Source: Bacteroidota bacterium
GTDB taxonomy: Bacteria; Bacteroidota; Bacteroidia; NS11-12g; UBA955
Length of the DNA stretch: 64,000 nucleotides
Assembly (NCBI GenBank): GCA_024103355.1
Contig: JAGFIU010000043.1
Location: 2,102 to 66,101 of the forward strand
Direction: 5' to 3'
Position numbers and translations under genes: made by a program. The notes under the pieces were generated by a model. The model was not told where the DNA came from. It worked only from the letters and a program-made list of their open reading frames with translations, and did not search any database. Shown one piece after another: positions 56,452 to 64,000 of this stretch (the stretch's first letter is position 1; every line of letters begins with the position of its first letter).

Positions 56452-57373
56452 TTAATTGCTTAGGAAACATCTTCATTAAAAAGAAGATTCCTATACCCAA
56501 CCCCAACAAAGAGGGCAGCACCCAAGCGACACCGGGTACATAGTCATCCTTCATAAATTCTTTGGCTTCAGTTCCTCCCACATAATAAGTTAAGGCAACA
56601 ATAAATCCATTATGGACAAAATGCATCAGTATAGTATAAGCAAGATTGCGGGTTCTGAAATAAATATAGCCAAAAAGCAAGCCTACATAAAAAATCGGTA
56701 TGATTTGTTCAAACTTGAAATGGAAAAGTGAAAACACCAATGCACTCACAATGATTCCGGCTACTGCCGAACCAAACCATTCTGACACATAGCGTTGAAG
56801 CAAACCCCTGAAAAACACTTCTTCCACAAAAGCCGGCAGCAATGCCATCACAAAAAGTCGAATCATCAAATCCCAAATATTATTCATCACAAGGAGAGAA
56901 TCTGTCAAAGAAGACATTTTTTGATTCATGGATTCAGTTAACTCCTTAAATCCTCCTATATCAGGAATCGGAATGCGATAGTTCAACGCTCCCAACAGGT
57001 TTACCACAGCAATATTTGAAAAAATAATTAACAAACACAAAAGCAAAGCCTTTAGGTTGGGGTTGTTACTGAGTCCCAAATAATCAAAAACTCTGTATCT
57101 ATATGATTTTAGAAAAATAAAAGCTGTTACAAAAAAACCTCCGAAAGAACTGATAACCTGCAACCAAAGCATAACCTGAATACCATAATCGTAATGGGAA
57201 GGATTGCTAACAATCAGCGGAATATCTTCAAAAGTAACATCGTACATCCTTGTAACCAAAACAAAGCCCAGTAATGGGAAAATCATGAAGTTAGAGAGTA
57301 TAAAAACTCCGAGTAAAACCAAGAATCGGGAAGAATATTGAACTCTGTGTTTGGTATCTAACTGAGATTGCAT
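56408..57373 (-). CDS. CPBP-family (CAAX/Abi) intramembrane metalloprotease
   Basis: 321 aa with motifs EEVFFRGLL, FSLFH and HFVHN. It overlaps cdsA by 44 nt. Confidence 0.7.
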   Translation of the reverse strand: MQSQLDTKHRVQYSSRFLVLLGVFILSNFMIFPLLGFVLVTRMYDVTFEDIPLIVSNPSHYDYGIQVMLWLQVISSFGGFFVTAFIFLKSYRYRVFDYLGLSNNPNLKALLLCLLIIFSNIAVVNLLGALNYRIPIPDIGGFKELTESMNQKMSSLTDSLLVMNNIWDLMIRLFVMALLPAFVEEVFFRGLLQRYVSEWFGSAVAGIIVSALVFSLFHFKFEQIIPIFYVGLLFGYIYFRTRNLAYTILMHFVHNGFIVALTYYVGGTEAKEFMKDDYVPGVAWVLPSLLGLGIGIFFLMKMFPKQLIEVEEQNEAGGEDE

Positions 57374-57412
57374 AAATACTTACTTTTGCAGCAATAATAA
57401 TTCTGTGCAAAT

Positions 57413-58411
57413 TTGGTAAAAATAGCCGATATACAACTACCCGATTTTCCATTGTTATTGGCACCTATGGAAGATGTCAGCGACCCTCCTTTTCGCTATG
57501 TATGCAAAATCAACGGGGCAGATTTGATGTACACAGAATTTATCTCTTCTGAAGGCTTGATTCGAGATGCTGCGAAAAGCACACAGAAATTAGATGTCTT
57601 TGAATATGAACGCCCGATTGGAATACAACTTTTCGGAGGAGAAATCGAAAGCATGAAAGAAGCATGCGAGATTGCCACCCAAGCCAATCCCGACCTGATA
57701 GACATAAATTATGGATGTCCGGTAAAAAAAGTAGTTTGCAAAGGAGCCGGAGCCGGAATTTTGACCAATATACCCAAGATGAGAGCAATTACAGAAGCTA
57801 TGGTCAAAGCCACCAATCTACCTGTGACAGTCAAAACTCGTTTAGGTTGGGATGATAGTTCCAAAAATATTGAAAATGTAGCTGAGCAATTACAAGATGT
57901 TGGAATAAAAGCACTGACCATACACGGTAGGACAAGAGTACAACTTTACAAAGGCTCAGCTGATTGGACACTAATTGGCAAAATCAAAGCAAACCCGCAT
58001 ATTCAAATTCCAATTTTTGGAAACGGTGATATTGACTCTCCTCAAAAAGCATTGGAAATGAAAAACAAGTATGGAGTTGACGGCATAATGATTGGCAGAG
58101 CAGCAATAGGCTATCCTTGGATTTTCAGAGAAATTAAACATTATATAAAAACAGGAGAAACACTTCCTCCTCCAACCTTGGAAGAACGCGTAGAAACTTG
58201 CCGAGTCCATTTTGAGAAAAACCTTGAATGGAAAGGAGAACATATTGGAATTGTGGAAATGCGTAGGCACTACGCTGGTTATTTCAAAGGACTACCGGAT
58301 TTTAAGTCAATCAAAACACAGCTTGTAACATCAAATAATCCAGAAGAAATAAGAAATTTACTCAATCAAATCCTTGTTCAATACAATGGAATTGAAAATT
58401 TTGCTATGTAA
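57413..58411 (+). CDS. dus: tRNA-dihydrouridine synthase (DusB-like)
   Basis: 332 aa with the Dus TIM-barrel motifs LAPMEDVSDPPFR, INYGCPVKKV and HGRTRVQ. Confidence 0.85.
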   Translation: MVKIADIQLPDFPLLLAPMEDVSDPPFRYVCKINGADLMYTEFISSEGLIRDAAKSTQKLDVFEYERPIGIQLFGGEIESMKEACEIATQANPDLIDINYGCPVKKVVCKGAGAGILTNIPKMRAITEAMVKATNLPVTVKTRLGWDDSSKNIENVAEQLQDVGIKALTIHGRTRVQLYKGSADWTLIGKIKANPHIQIPIFGNGDIDSPQKALEMKNKYGVDGIMIGRAAIGYPWIFREIKHYIKTGETLPPPTLEERVETCRVHFEKNLEWKGEHIGIVEMRRHYAGYFKGLPDFKSIKTQLVTSNNPEEIRNLLNQILVQYNGIENFAM

Positions 58412-58463
58412 GCAAATTGTGCATTATAAATTTTATTAAAAAACTATTTTTACCGCAATATTT

Positions 58464-59051
58464 ATGAAAACAAACCTATCCAAACACTTAAAAACTAAAA
58501 TAATATCTCAATTAACAATGTTAATCCTATTATTTTCCATTTGTCCAAATCTAAATGCACAAAAAACCAGATGGCCTTTTCGAGTTGAAGGTAGTGACAA
58601 TGGTAGAGGCGTACCTAAAATATGGTCATACGGATATAATCCCAACGCAATTACTCCGTATAAAGACAGAAAAGAAAATAAAAAAATTAAGCCGGGTAAA
58701 AAACCCGCAGTACTTCGATTCAAGTTCGAAAAATTTGAAGCATGCCAAGTAGTGGTAACAGAAACCTATAATCCCGGAGCTATAACAAAAGTAGAAATTG
58801 GATATAAACCATCCGGTAAAGGAAGAACACTAAAAAAGGTCGTATGGGAAGGAACAGCACAAGCCACGGTGTCAAAATATACGGTAAAATATTTTCATTT
58901 TGATATGACTCCTAACATTACTGATGTTTGGCTTTATGTTGATTATTCAGCAATCGATGGGGTAAATCAATTCGGAGGAGTTTGCCTTACAAACTCGACA
59001 GCAGATTATTATCCAAGAATTAATATCCCAAAAAGAAAAATATTTACTTAA
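58464..59051 (+). CDS. Hypothetical secreted protein. It may be the N-terminal part of the downstream PD40/OmpA gene (same frame, single TAA between them).
   Basis: 195 aa with a signal peptide (..LTMLILLFSICPNLNAQ). The frame stays open from 59052 to the next ORF. Confidence 0.4.
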   Translation: MKTNLSKHLKTKIISQLTMLILLFSICPNLNAQKTRWPFRVEGSDNGRGVPKIWSYGYNPNAITPYKDRKENKKIKPGKKPAVLRFKFEKFEACQVVVTETYNPGAITKVEIGYKPSGKGRTLKKVVWEGTAQATVSKYTVKYFHFDMTPNITDVWLYVDYSAIDGVNQFGGVCLTNSTADYYPRINIPKRKIFT

Positions 59052-59144
59052 AATGTAACCAAGCTAAACGATAACATCAACGGAAAAAAAAATCCTTCAG
59101 GGTTAATCTTAACCGTTGACAACAAATACCTGTTCTTTTCTAAC

Positions 59145-60626
59145 ATGGATAAAAACTACGAACAGATATATAGGGCTGAGCTCAATGAAGACAAACAAAT
59201 TATCAAAGTTGTTCCAAGCGAATTCAACTTACCTAAGGGAAAGTCAAGAACCAGCGGTTTGATTGGAATCAGTCAAGATAACAATATTGCTTATGTTTCT
59301 GACATGAAACTAACCCGTTTTGAATTCTATAAGACATATTTAGGTAAATCAATATTTGGAAAAGCAAAGTGGAAATATGAAAAGGAGAAAATAAAAAACT
59401 ATAAAAACGGAGGCATATTCATTGACTATGTGATGAGCTATGACGGGAATGTCGTTATCTTGGGTTATAAAGAAAAAAGTGATATGGGCGACCTCTATAA
59501 AGAAGACCTCTATGTATCAATAAAAGATGCAAAAGGAAATTGGTCTCCTTTTAAACACATGGGATTTGACATTAACACATTGGGAACAGAAACACCATGT
59601 TATCTCGCACCGGATAATAAGACACTTTACTTTTCCTCCTCCGGAAGAATCGGTTTTGGACAAGGCGATATTTATATTACTCGTAGGCTTGATGACAGTT
59701 GGACAAATTGGAGTGAACCACTCAATCTCGGCAATTCTGTGAATTCTTTTGAACACGAAAACAGTTTTGTCATTGATGGACAGTCAGGCAGAATCTATTT
59801 TATTCGCTGGGAAGATGATGTACACACCAATATCTATACATCAGAGTTATATGTAGAACCTCCTGCACCCATTGAGCAACCTCCTTTAGAAATTCCTACA
59901 ACAGATTCTATTCCGGAGCAAGATACTGTTGCTATTGTCCAGATAACACCTCCGCCTACACCCGAGCCTGTTATGGAAGAAGAAATCATGCCTGAACCGG
60001 TGATAATTATCAGAGGTATTACAACCAACAAAAAAAATGGCGAGATAATTCAGGCCGAAATCAAATATTATGATATCTATACAGGGCAAGTAATTGGGAA
60101 AGTAATCTCTAACGCAGAAACCGGTGAATATTCTCTCATACTACGCAAAGGAATTTATTATTCATTTGATGCAAATGCAGATAACTTTATTGGCGAAAGC
60201 CATAGTCTGAACACTACAGAACTGAAGGATTTCGGTAAAATCGAACAAAATTTTGAACTTACTCCAATAGAGAAAGATGTTACAATAAGATTAAACAATA
60301 TTTTCTTTGAAACAGATAAGTCAGAACTCTTACCGGCTTCTTTTACGGAACTAGACAAGTTGTTAGGTTTGTTAAATAAAAATTCCAATATCAAGATTGA
60401 AATATCAGGTCACACAGATGATGTAGGTTCTGAAAGTTACAACCAAAAACTGTCTGAGCGCAGGGCAAATGCTGTGAGAGATTACCTCATTTCAAAAGGT
60501 ATAAAAGCGGAAAGAATTGTTGCAAAAGGATATGGTGAAGCTAAGCCGGTGGTTGAGAATAACAGTACGGAGAATCGTGCTCTGAACAGAAGGGTAGAAT
60601 TTACGATATTGGAAATAGGAAAATAG
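59145..60626 (+). CDS. OmpA-family protein: PD40 (TolB-like) repeats, a carboxypeptidase-regulatory-like domain and a C-terminal OmpA peptidoglycan-binding domain
   Basis: 493 aa with PD40-like TLYFSSSGRIGFGQGDIYI and an OmpA domain (NIFFETDKSELL...ISGHTDDVGSESYNQKLSERRANAVRDYL). The called ORF has no signal peptide. Confidence 0.7.
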   Translation: MDKNYEQIYRAELNEDKQIIKVVPSEFNLPKGKSRTSGLIGISQDNNIAYVSDMKLTRFEFYKTYLGKSIFGKAKWKYEKEKIKNYKNGGIFIDYVMSYDGNVVILGYKEKSDMGDLYKEDLYVSIKDAKGNWSPFKHMGFDINTLGTETPCYLAPDNKTLYFSSSGRIGFGQGDIYITRRLDDSWTNWSEPLNLGNSVNSFEHENSFVIDGQSGRIYFIRWEDDVHTNIYTSELYVEPPAPIEQPPLEIPTTDSIPEQDTVAIVQITPPPTPEPVMEEEIMPEPVIIIRGITTNKKNGEIIQAEIKYYDIYTGQVIGKVISNAETGEYSLILRKGIYYSFDANADNFIGESHSLNTTELKDFGKIEQNFELTPIEKDVTIRLNNIFFETDKSELLPASFTELDKLLGLLNKNSNIKIEISGHTDDVGSESYNQKLSERRANAVRDYLISKGIKAERIVAKGYGEAKPVVENNSTENRALNRRVEFTILEIGK

Positions 60627-60631
60627 ATGAG

Positions 60632-61870
60632 CTAAGCGGCTTCGTTGAGGTAGCCGCTGATCTTTTCGCGTATATCCGCTAATTTAATAGTCAGTTTTTT
60701 ATTCTTGCTACTTTTTTCAGGTATCTCATACATATAATCCAGCATAATTTGTTCACAGATAGCACGCAATCCCCGTGCACCTAATTTGTGTTCAATTGCT
60801 TTTTTAACAACATATTTCAGTACATCATTTTGAATATCAAGTTCAACTCCCTCCATTTCAAAAAGCTTTTTATATTGTTTTACTATGGCATTTTTGGGCT
60901 CGGTTAGGATACGATAGAGCGCATCTTCATCTAATTCATCCAAAGACACTACAACCGGCAATCTACCTAATATTTCCGGTATCAAACCAAAATTTCTTAA
61001 ATCTTCCGGTGAAACGTAATGCAATATTTCTTTCTCTGCAACTTGCTTCTTTTTAGATGCTTTGAAACCCAAAGCTTGTGCATTTACTCTTCGTTTAATA
61101 ATAGACTCAATTCCTTCGAAAGCTCCTCCACAAATGAATAAGATATTGGAGGTATCCACTTTAACATAATCTTGGTCAGGGTGTTTTCTTCCACCTTTGG
61201 GAGCAATATTGGCAACCGTACCTTCCAACAATTTCAACAGTCCTTGCTGAACTCCTTCTCCCGAAACATCACGAGTAATAGAGGGGTTTGCAGATTTGCG
61301 CGAAATCTTGTCAATTTCATCAACATAAACAATTCCACGCTGAGCAGCTTCCACATTGTAATTTGCCGCCTGCAACAAGCGTGAGATAATGCTTTCTACA
61401 TCTTCGCCAACATAGCCTGCTTCAGTTAGCACAGTGGCATCAGCAATACAAAACGGAACATTGAGTGTTTTTGCCAATGTACGTGCCAATAGAGTCTTAC
61501 CGGTTCCTGTTTTACCCAAGAGCAGAACATTGGATTTTTCAATTTCAACTTCGTTATTCACATCTAAGGACATCAGCCGTTTATAGTGATTATAAACTGC
61601 GACAGACAACACTTTTTTTGCTTTATCTTGTCCAATCACATATTGGTCTAAGTGGGCTTTGAGTTTGGCAGGGGTATTCAGTTCCAACTCAAAAGTCTTT
61701 TTTGATTTTGGTTCTGATTTTATTTTTGAAACTCCAATTGCTTCATCCACAATATCATAAGCCTGCACAATACACGATTCACAAATATGACCGTCTATGC
61801 CGCTGATAAGCATGGCAACTTGGTCCTTTCCTTTTCCGCAAAAGGCGCATTTAATCTGTTTATCCTTCAT
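60632..61870 (-). CDS. clpX: ATP-dependent Clp protease ATP-binding subunit ClpX
   Basis: 412 aa with an N-terminal zinc finger (CAFCGK...CESC), Walker A (GKTGTGKT) and the GYVG pore loop. Confidence 0.9.
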   Translation of the reverse strand: MKDKQIKCAFCGKGKDQVAMLISGIDGHICESCIVQAYDIVDEAIGVSKIKSEPKSKKTFELELNTPAKLKAHLDQYVIGQDKAKKVLSVAVYNHYKRLMSLDVNNEVEIEKSNVLLLGKTGTGKTLLARTLAKTLNVPFCIADATVLTEAGYVGEDVESIISRLLQAANYNVEAAQRGIVYVDEIDKISRKSANPSITRDVSGEGVQQGLLKLLEGTVANIAPKGGRKHPDQDYVKVDTSNILFICGGAFEGIESIIKRRVNAQALGFKASKKKQVAEKEILHYVSPEDLRNFGLIPEILGRLPVVVSLDELDEDALYRILTEPKNAIVKQYKKLFEMEGVELDIQNDVLKYVVKKAIEHKLGARGLRAICEQIMLDYMYEIPEKSSKNKKLTIKLADIREKISGYLNEAA

Positions 61871-61885
61871 TGAATGAAAAGAATC

Positions 61886-62551
61886 TTAGTCTTTCTTTTT
61901 AATCAAAACCTCATCAACCATTCCATAGGCTTTGGCTTCTTCAGCAGTCATCCAATGGTCACGGTCGCTGTCTTTTTCAACTGTTTTAAAAGGCTGACCT
62001 GAGTGAAAAGCAATAATTTCATAAAGCTCTTTTTTGAGTTTAAGAATCTCTTTCAAAGTGATTTCCATATCACTTGCTTGACCTTGTGCTCCGCCAAGGG
62101 GTTGATGTATCATAACTCTGGAGTGTTTAAGAGCAGTTCTTTTGCCTTTAACACCTGCACACATTAGAACTGCACCCATGGAGGCAGCCATTCCGGTACA
62201 AATAGTAGCCACATCAGAACTTACATATTGCATAGTATCATAGATTGCCAACCCTGCATACACACCTCCTCCGGGACTGTTGATATAAATCTGAATGTCT
62301 CTGCCCGGATTGGTAGAATCCAAAAACAAGAGTTGTCCTATAATAATGTTAGCAACTTCATCATTAATTCCTGTTCCGAGAAAAATTATCCTATCCATCA
62401 TCAAACGTGAGAAAATATCCATTTGACTCATATTGAGTTGGCGTTCCTCAATGATATAAGGTGTCATGTTTTCGATTGCACTTTCTACTCTTAGAGAGCT
62501 CATCCCGAGATGTTTTGTAGCATATTTTTTAAATTCTTTTCCGTAGTCCAT
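61886..62551 (-). CDS. clpP: ATP-dependent Clp protease proteolytic subunit ClpP
   Basis: 221 aa with the Ser/His/Asp catalytic context (GMAASMGAVL; MIHQPLGG). It sits immediately upstream of clpX. Confidence 0.9.
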   Translation of the reverse strand: MDYGKEFKKYATKHLGMSSLRVESAIENMTPYIIEERQLNMSQMDIFSRLMMDRIIFLGTGINDEVANIIIGQLLFLDSTNPGRDIQIYINSPGGGVYAGLAIYDTMQYVSSDVATICTGMAASMGAVLMCAGVKGKRTALKHSRVMIHQPLGGAQGQASDMEITLKEILKLKKELYEIIAFHSGQPFKTVEKDSDRDHWMTAEEAKAYGMVDEVLIKKKD

Positions 62552-62729
62552 TTTCCAAATAATTTAGCGCAAATCTAATCCTAATTATCTTTACTCAACA
62601 ACAATTTTATCCGACAAAAGTCAATACACATGAAAATTATTGACATTCATACAATAACATAACTTGTTATAGTCCAATCAATCTAAAAATCAAGGCTCAA
62701 AAACTAAAATAGTATTTAACTTTGCGGGC

Positions 62730-63869
62730 ATGAAATTTGAAACCAAAACTATTCATGCAGGAGTTCATTCAGACCCTGCCACAGGGGCAATCATGACCCC
62801 TATTTATCAAACTTCAACTTATGCCCAATCTGCTCCCGGAGTACACAAAGGATACGAATATTCACGTACGCACAATCCCACGAGGACTGCATTACAAGAC
62901 AACCTCGCGGCATTGGAAAGTGGAAAATGGGGATTGGTATTTGCCTCCGGCATGGCTGCTACAGATACCGTTGCCAAATTGCTTAAACCCAATGATGAGG
63001 TTATTGCATCCAATGATTTGTATGGCGGTACTTACCGAATTTTCACTAAGGTTTTTCAAGATTATGGAATCAAATTTCATTTTGTTGACATGTCAAACCT
63101 TGACAACGTAGAAGCAAAAATTAATTCTAAGACAAAGCTAATATGTGCTGAAACACCCACAAATCCCTTATTAAAAATTGTGGACTTGAGAAAAGTGGCT
63201 GCCATTGCAAAATCACACCAAATTTTGCTTGCTGTTGACAACACCTTTGCTTCTCCATACTTACAAAATCCACTGGCATTGGGTGCAGACCTTGTTGTAC
63301 ACTCTGCAACCAAGTACATAGGAGGACACAGCGATGTAGTCATGGGAGCTATTTGCGGCAATAGCAACGAGTTATTTGAAAAACTAAGTTTTATTCAAAA
63401 CTCCTGCGGTGCAGTGCCGGGTCCTATGGATTGTTTTCTTGCAATCAGAGGAATTAAAACATTGCATGTCAGAATGGAAAGGCACTGTCAGAACGCTTCT
63501 AAGGTTGCCAACTTCTTGATAAATCATCCTAAGGTTTCCAAAGTTTATTATCCGGGTTTAGCAAACCACAAAGGACATGAAATAGCAAAAAATCAAATGA
63601 GAGATTTTGGCGGCATGCTTTCTTTTGAACTAAAAGATGATTCCGTTCAGGCAGCTCATAAATTCTTGAGTTCTTTAAAAATATTTGTTTTGGCGGAATC
63701 ATTGGGAGGTGTAGAATCCTTAGCCGGACACCCTGCAACCATGACTCACGCCTCAATTCCAAAAGAAGAAAGAGAAAAAGCAGGATTGAAAGACTCACTC
63801 ATTCGCTTGAGTATAGGGATTGAAAATGTAGATGACTTAATTGAAGATTTATCACAAGCAATGGGTTAA
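62730..63869 (+). CDS. PLP-dependent Cys/Met-metabolism enzyme (cystathionine gamma-synthase/gamma-lyase/beta-lyase family)
   Basis: 379 aa with the fold-type I signature and PLP-lysine context (VHSATKYIGGHSDVVMGAI). Confidence 0.8.
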   Translation: MKFETKTIHAGVHSDPATGAIMTPIYQTSTYAQSAPGVHKGYEYSRTHNPTRTALQDNLAALESGKWGLVFASGMAATDTVAKLLKPNDEVIASNDLYGGTYRIFTKVFQDYGIKFHFVDMSNLDNVEAKINSKTKLICAETPTNPLLKIVDLRKVAAIAKSHQILLAVDNTFASPYLQNPLALGADLVVHSATKYIGGHSDVVMGAICGNSNELFEKLSFIQNSCGAVPGPMDCFLAIRGIKTLHVRMERHCQNASKVANFLINHPKVSKVYYPGLANHKGHEIAKNQMRDFGGMLSFELKDDSVQAAHKFLSSLKIFVLAESLGGVESLAGHPATMTHASIPKEEREKAGLKDSLIRLSIGIENVDDLIEDLSQAMG

Positions 63870-63957
63870 AATCTATTATTCTCAAATAAATCATTCCTTT
63901 TCCAAGAATGTATGGTAGATTAAAACCTTAATAAAACAATAGATTTAAAAAAACTAA

Positions 63958-63991
63958 AAAGCCCATTGAAAAACTCAATGGGCTTATTTAT
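63958..63991 (+). terminator. Rho-independent terminator after the PLP enzyme gene
   Basis: Hairpin agcccattga / tcaatgggct with loop aaaac, followed by a T-rich tract. Confidence 0.55.
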
Positions 63992-64000
63992 GTTGCTGTC

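Noticed and set aside
33865-59051. Possibility that TAA is reassigned or read through genome-wide, suggested by two in-frame TAAs within exported-protein genes
   Set aside because: TAA is the terminal codon of many well-delimited genes in this window, for example korB, the BspA-like gene, the orphan CTD remnant and the 195-aa ORF itself. A code reassignment is therefore not supported. Each case is treated as a local lesion or an error.
62552-62729. SAM riboswitch upstream of the Cys/Met PLP-enzyme gene
   Set aside because: Only 178 bp separate it from the divergent clpP. No S-box or SAM-II-like conserved segments are visible. Only a possible near-leaderless TAnnTTTG element (taactttg, 5 nt before the ATG) is present.
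1-64000. tRNA, rRNA, CRISPR, transposase or integrase genes
   Set aside because: Intergenic regions were scanned by eye. I found no T-loop-like GGTTCGA motifs, no direct-repeat/spacer arrays, and no ORF with transposase or integrase motifs.

Overview
This is a low-GC (about 35-38% by eye) chromosomal segment with a Bacteroidota gene repertoire, almost entirely protein-coding. I found no rRNA, tRNA, CRISPR array or obvious mobile element. The segment breaks into five blocks:

- **Redox block (285-22211, mostly minus strand).**
  - A korA-korB two-subunit 2-oxoacid:ferredoxin oxidoreductase operon is followed 6 bp downstream by an HscA-like Hsp70.
  - A complete six-gene alternative complex III operon (actABCDEF) follows. 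Its ActA carries an extra tandem-duplicated pair of mono-haem cytochrome c domains.
  - Next are a divergent fused E1 alpha/beta 2-oxoacid dehydrogenase, then a second korAB paralog pair preceded by a GltD-like NAD(P)H flavoprotein with a ferredoxin domain.
- **Gliding block (22594-27484, plus strand).** A long-form GAPDH-family dehydrogenase sits 16 bp upstream of a gldA/gldF/gldG-like ABC operon.
- **Surface-protein island (27592-48493).**
  - A 1229-aa secreted TIKI/TraB/GumN-domain giant.
  - A DUF285/BspA-like repeat protein with a T9SS type-A C-terminal domain. Its signal peptide is cut off by an in-frame TAA, and it contains near-perfect 156-bp internal tandem repeats.
  - An orphan 3' remnant of a paralogous T9SS gene with its perfect palindromic terminator.
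  - A 2475-aa protein with about 23 tandem PKD domains and a T9SS type-B (gliding-associated) C-terminal domain.
  - A convergent 1433-aa beta-helix/PKD T9SS type-A cargo, preceded by a TonB-dependent-receptor-like gene.
- **Housekeeping block (48879-63869).** Stand-alone GltB-domain-2 FMN protein, rnhB, a GT9 glycosyltransferase, an orphan sensor histidine kinase, transporters, OsmC, cdsA, a CPBP protease, dus, clpX-clpP, and a Cys/Met PLP enzyme.
- **Second split gene (58464-60626).** A possible second in-frame-TAA split separates a secreted 195-aa ORF from a signal-less PD40/OmpA protein.

All family assignments come from reading motifs in the translations. No database search was possible.
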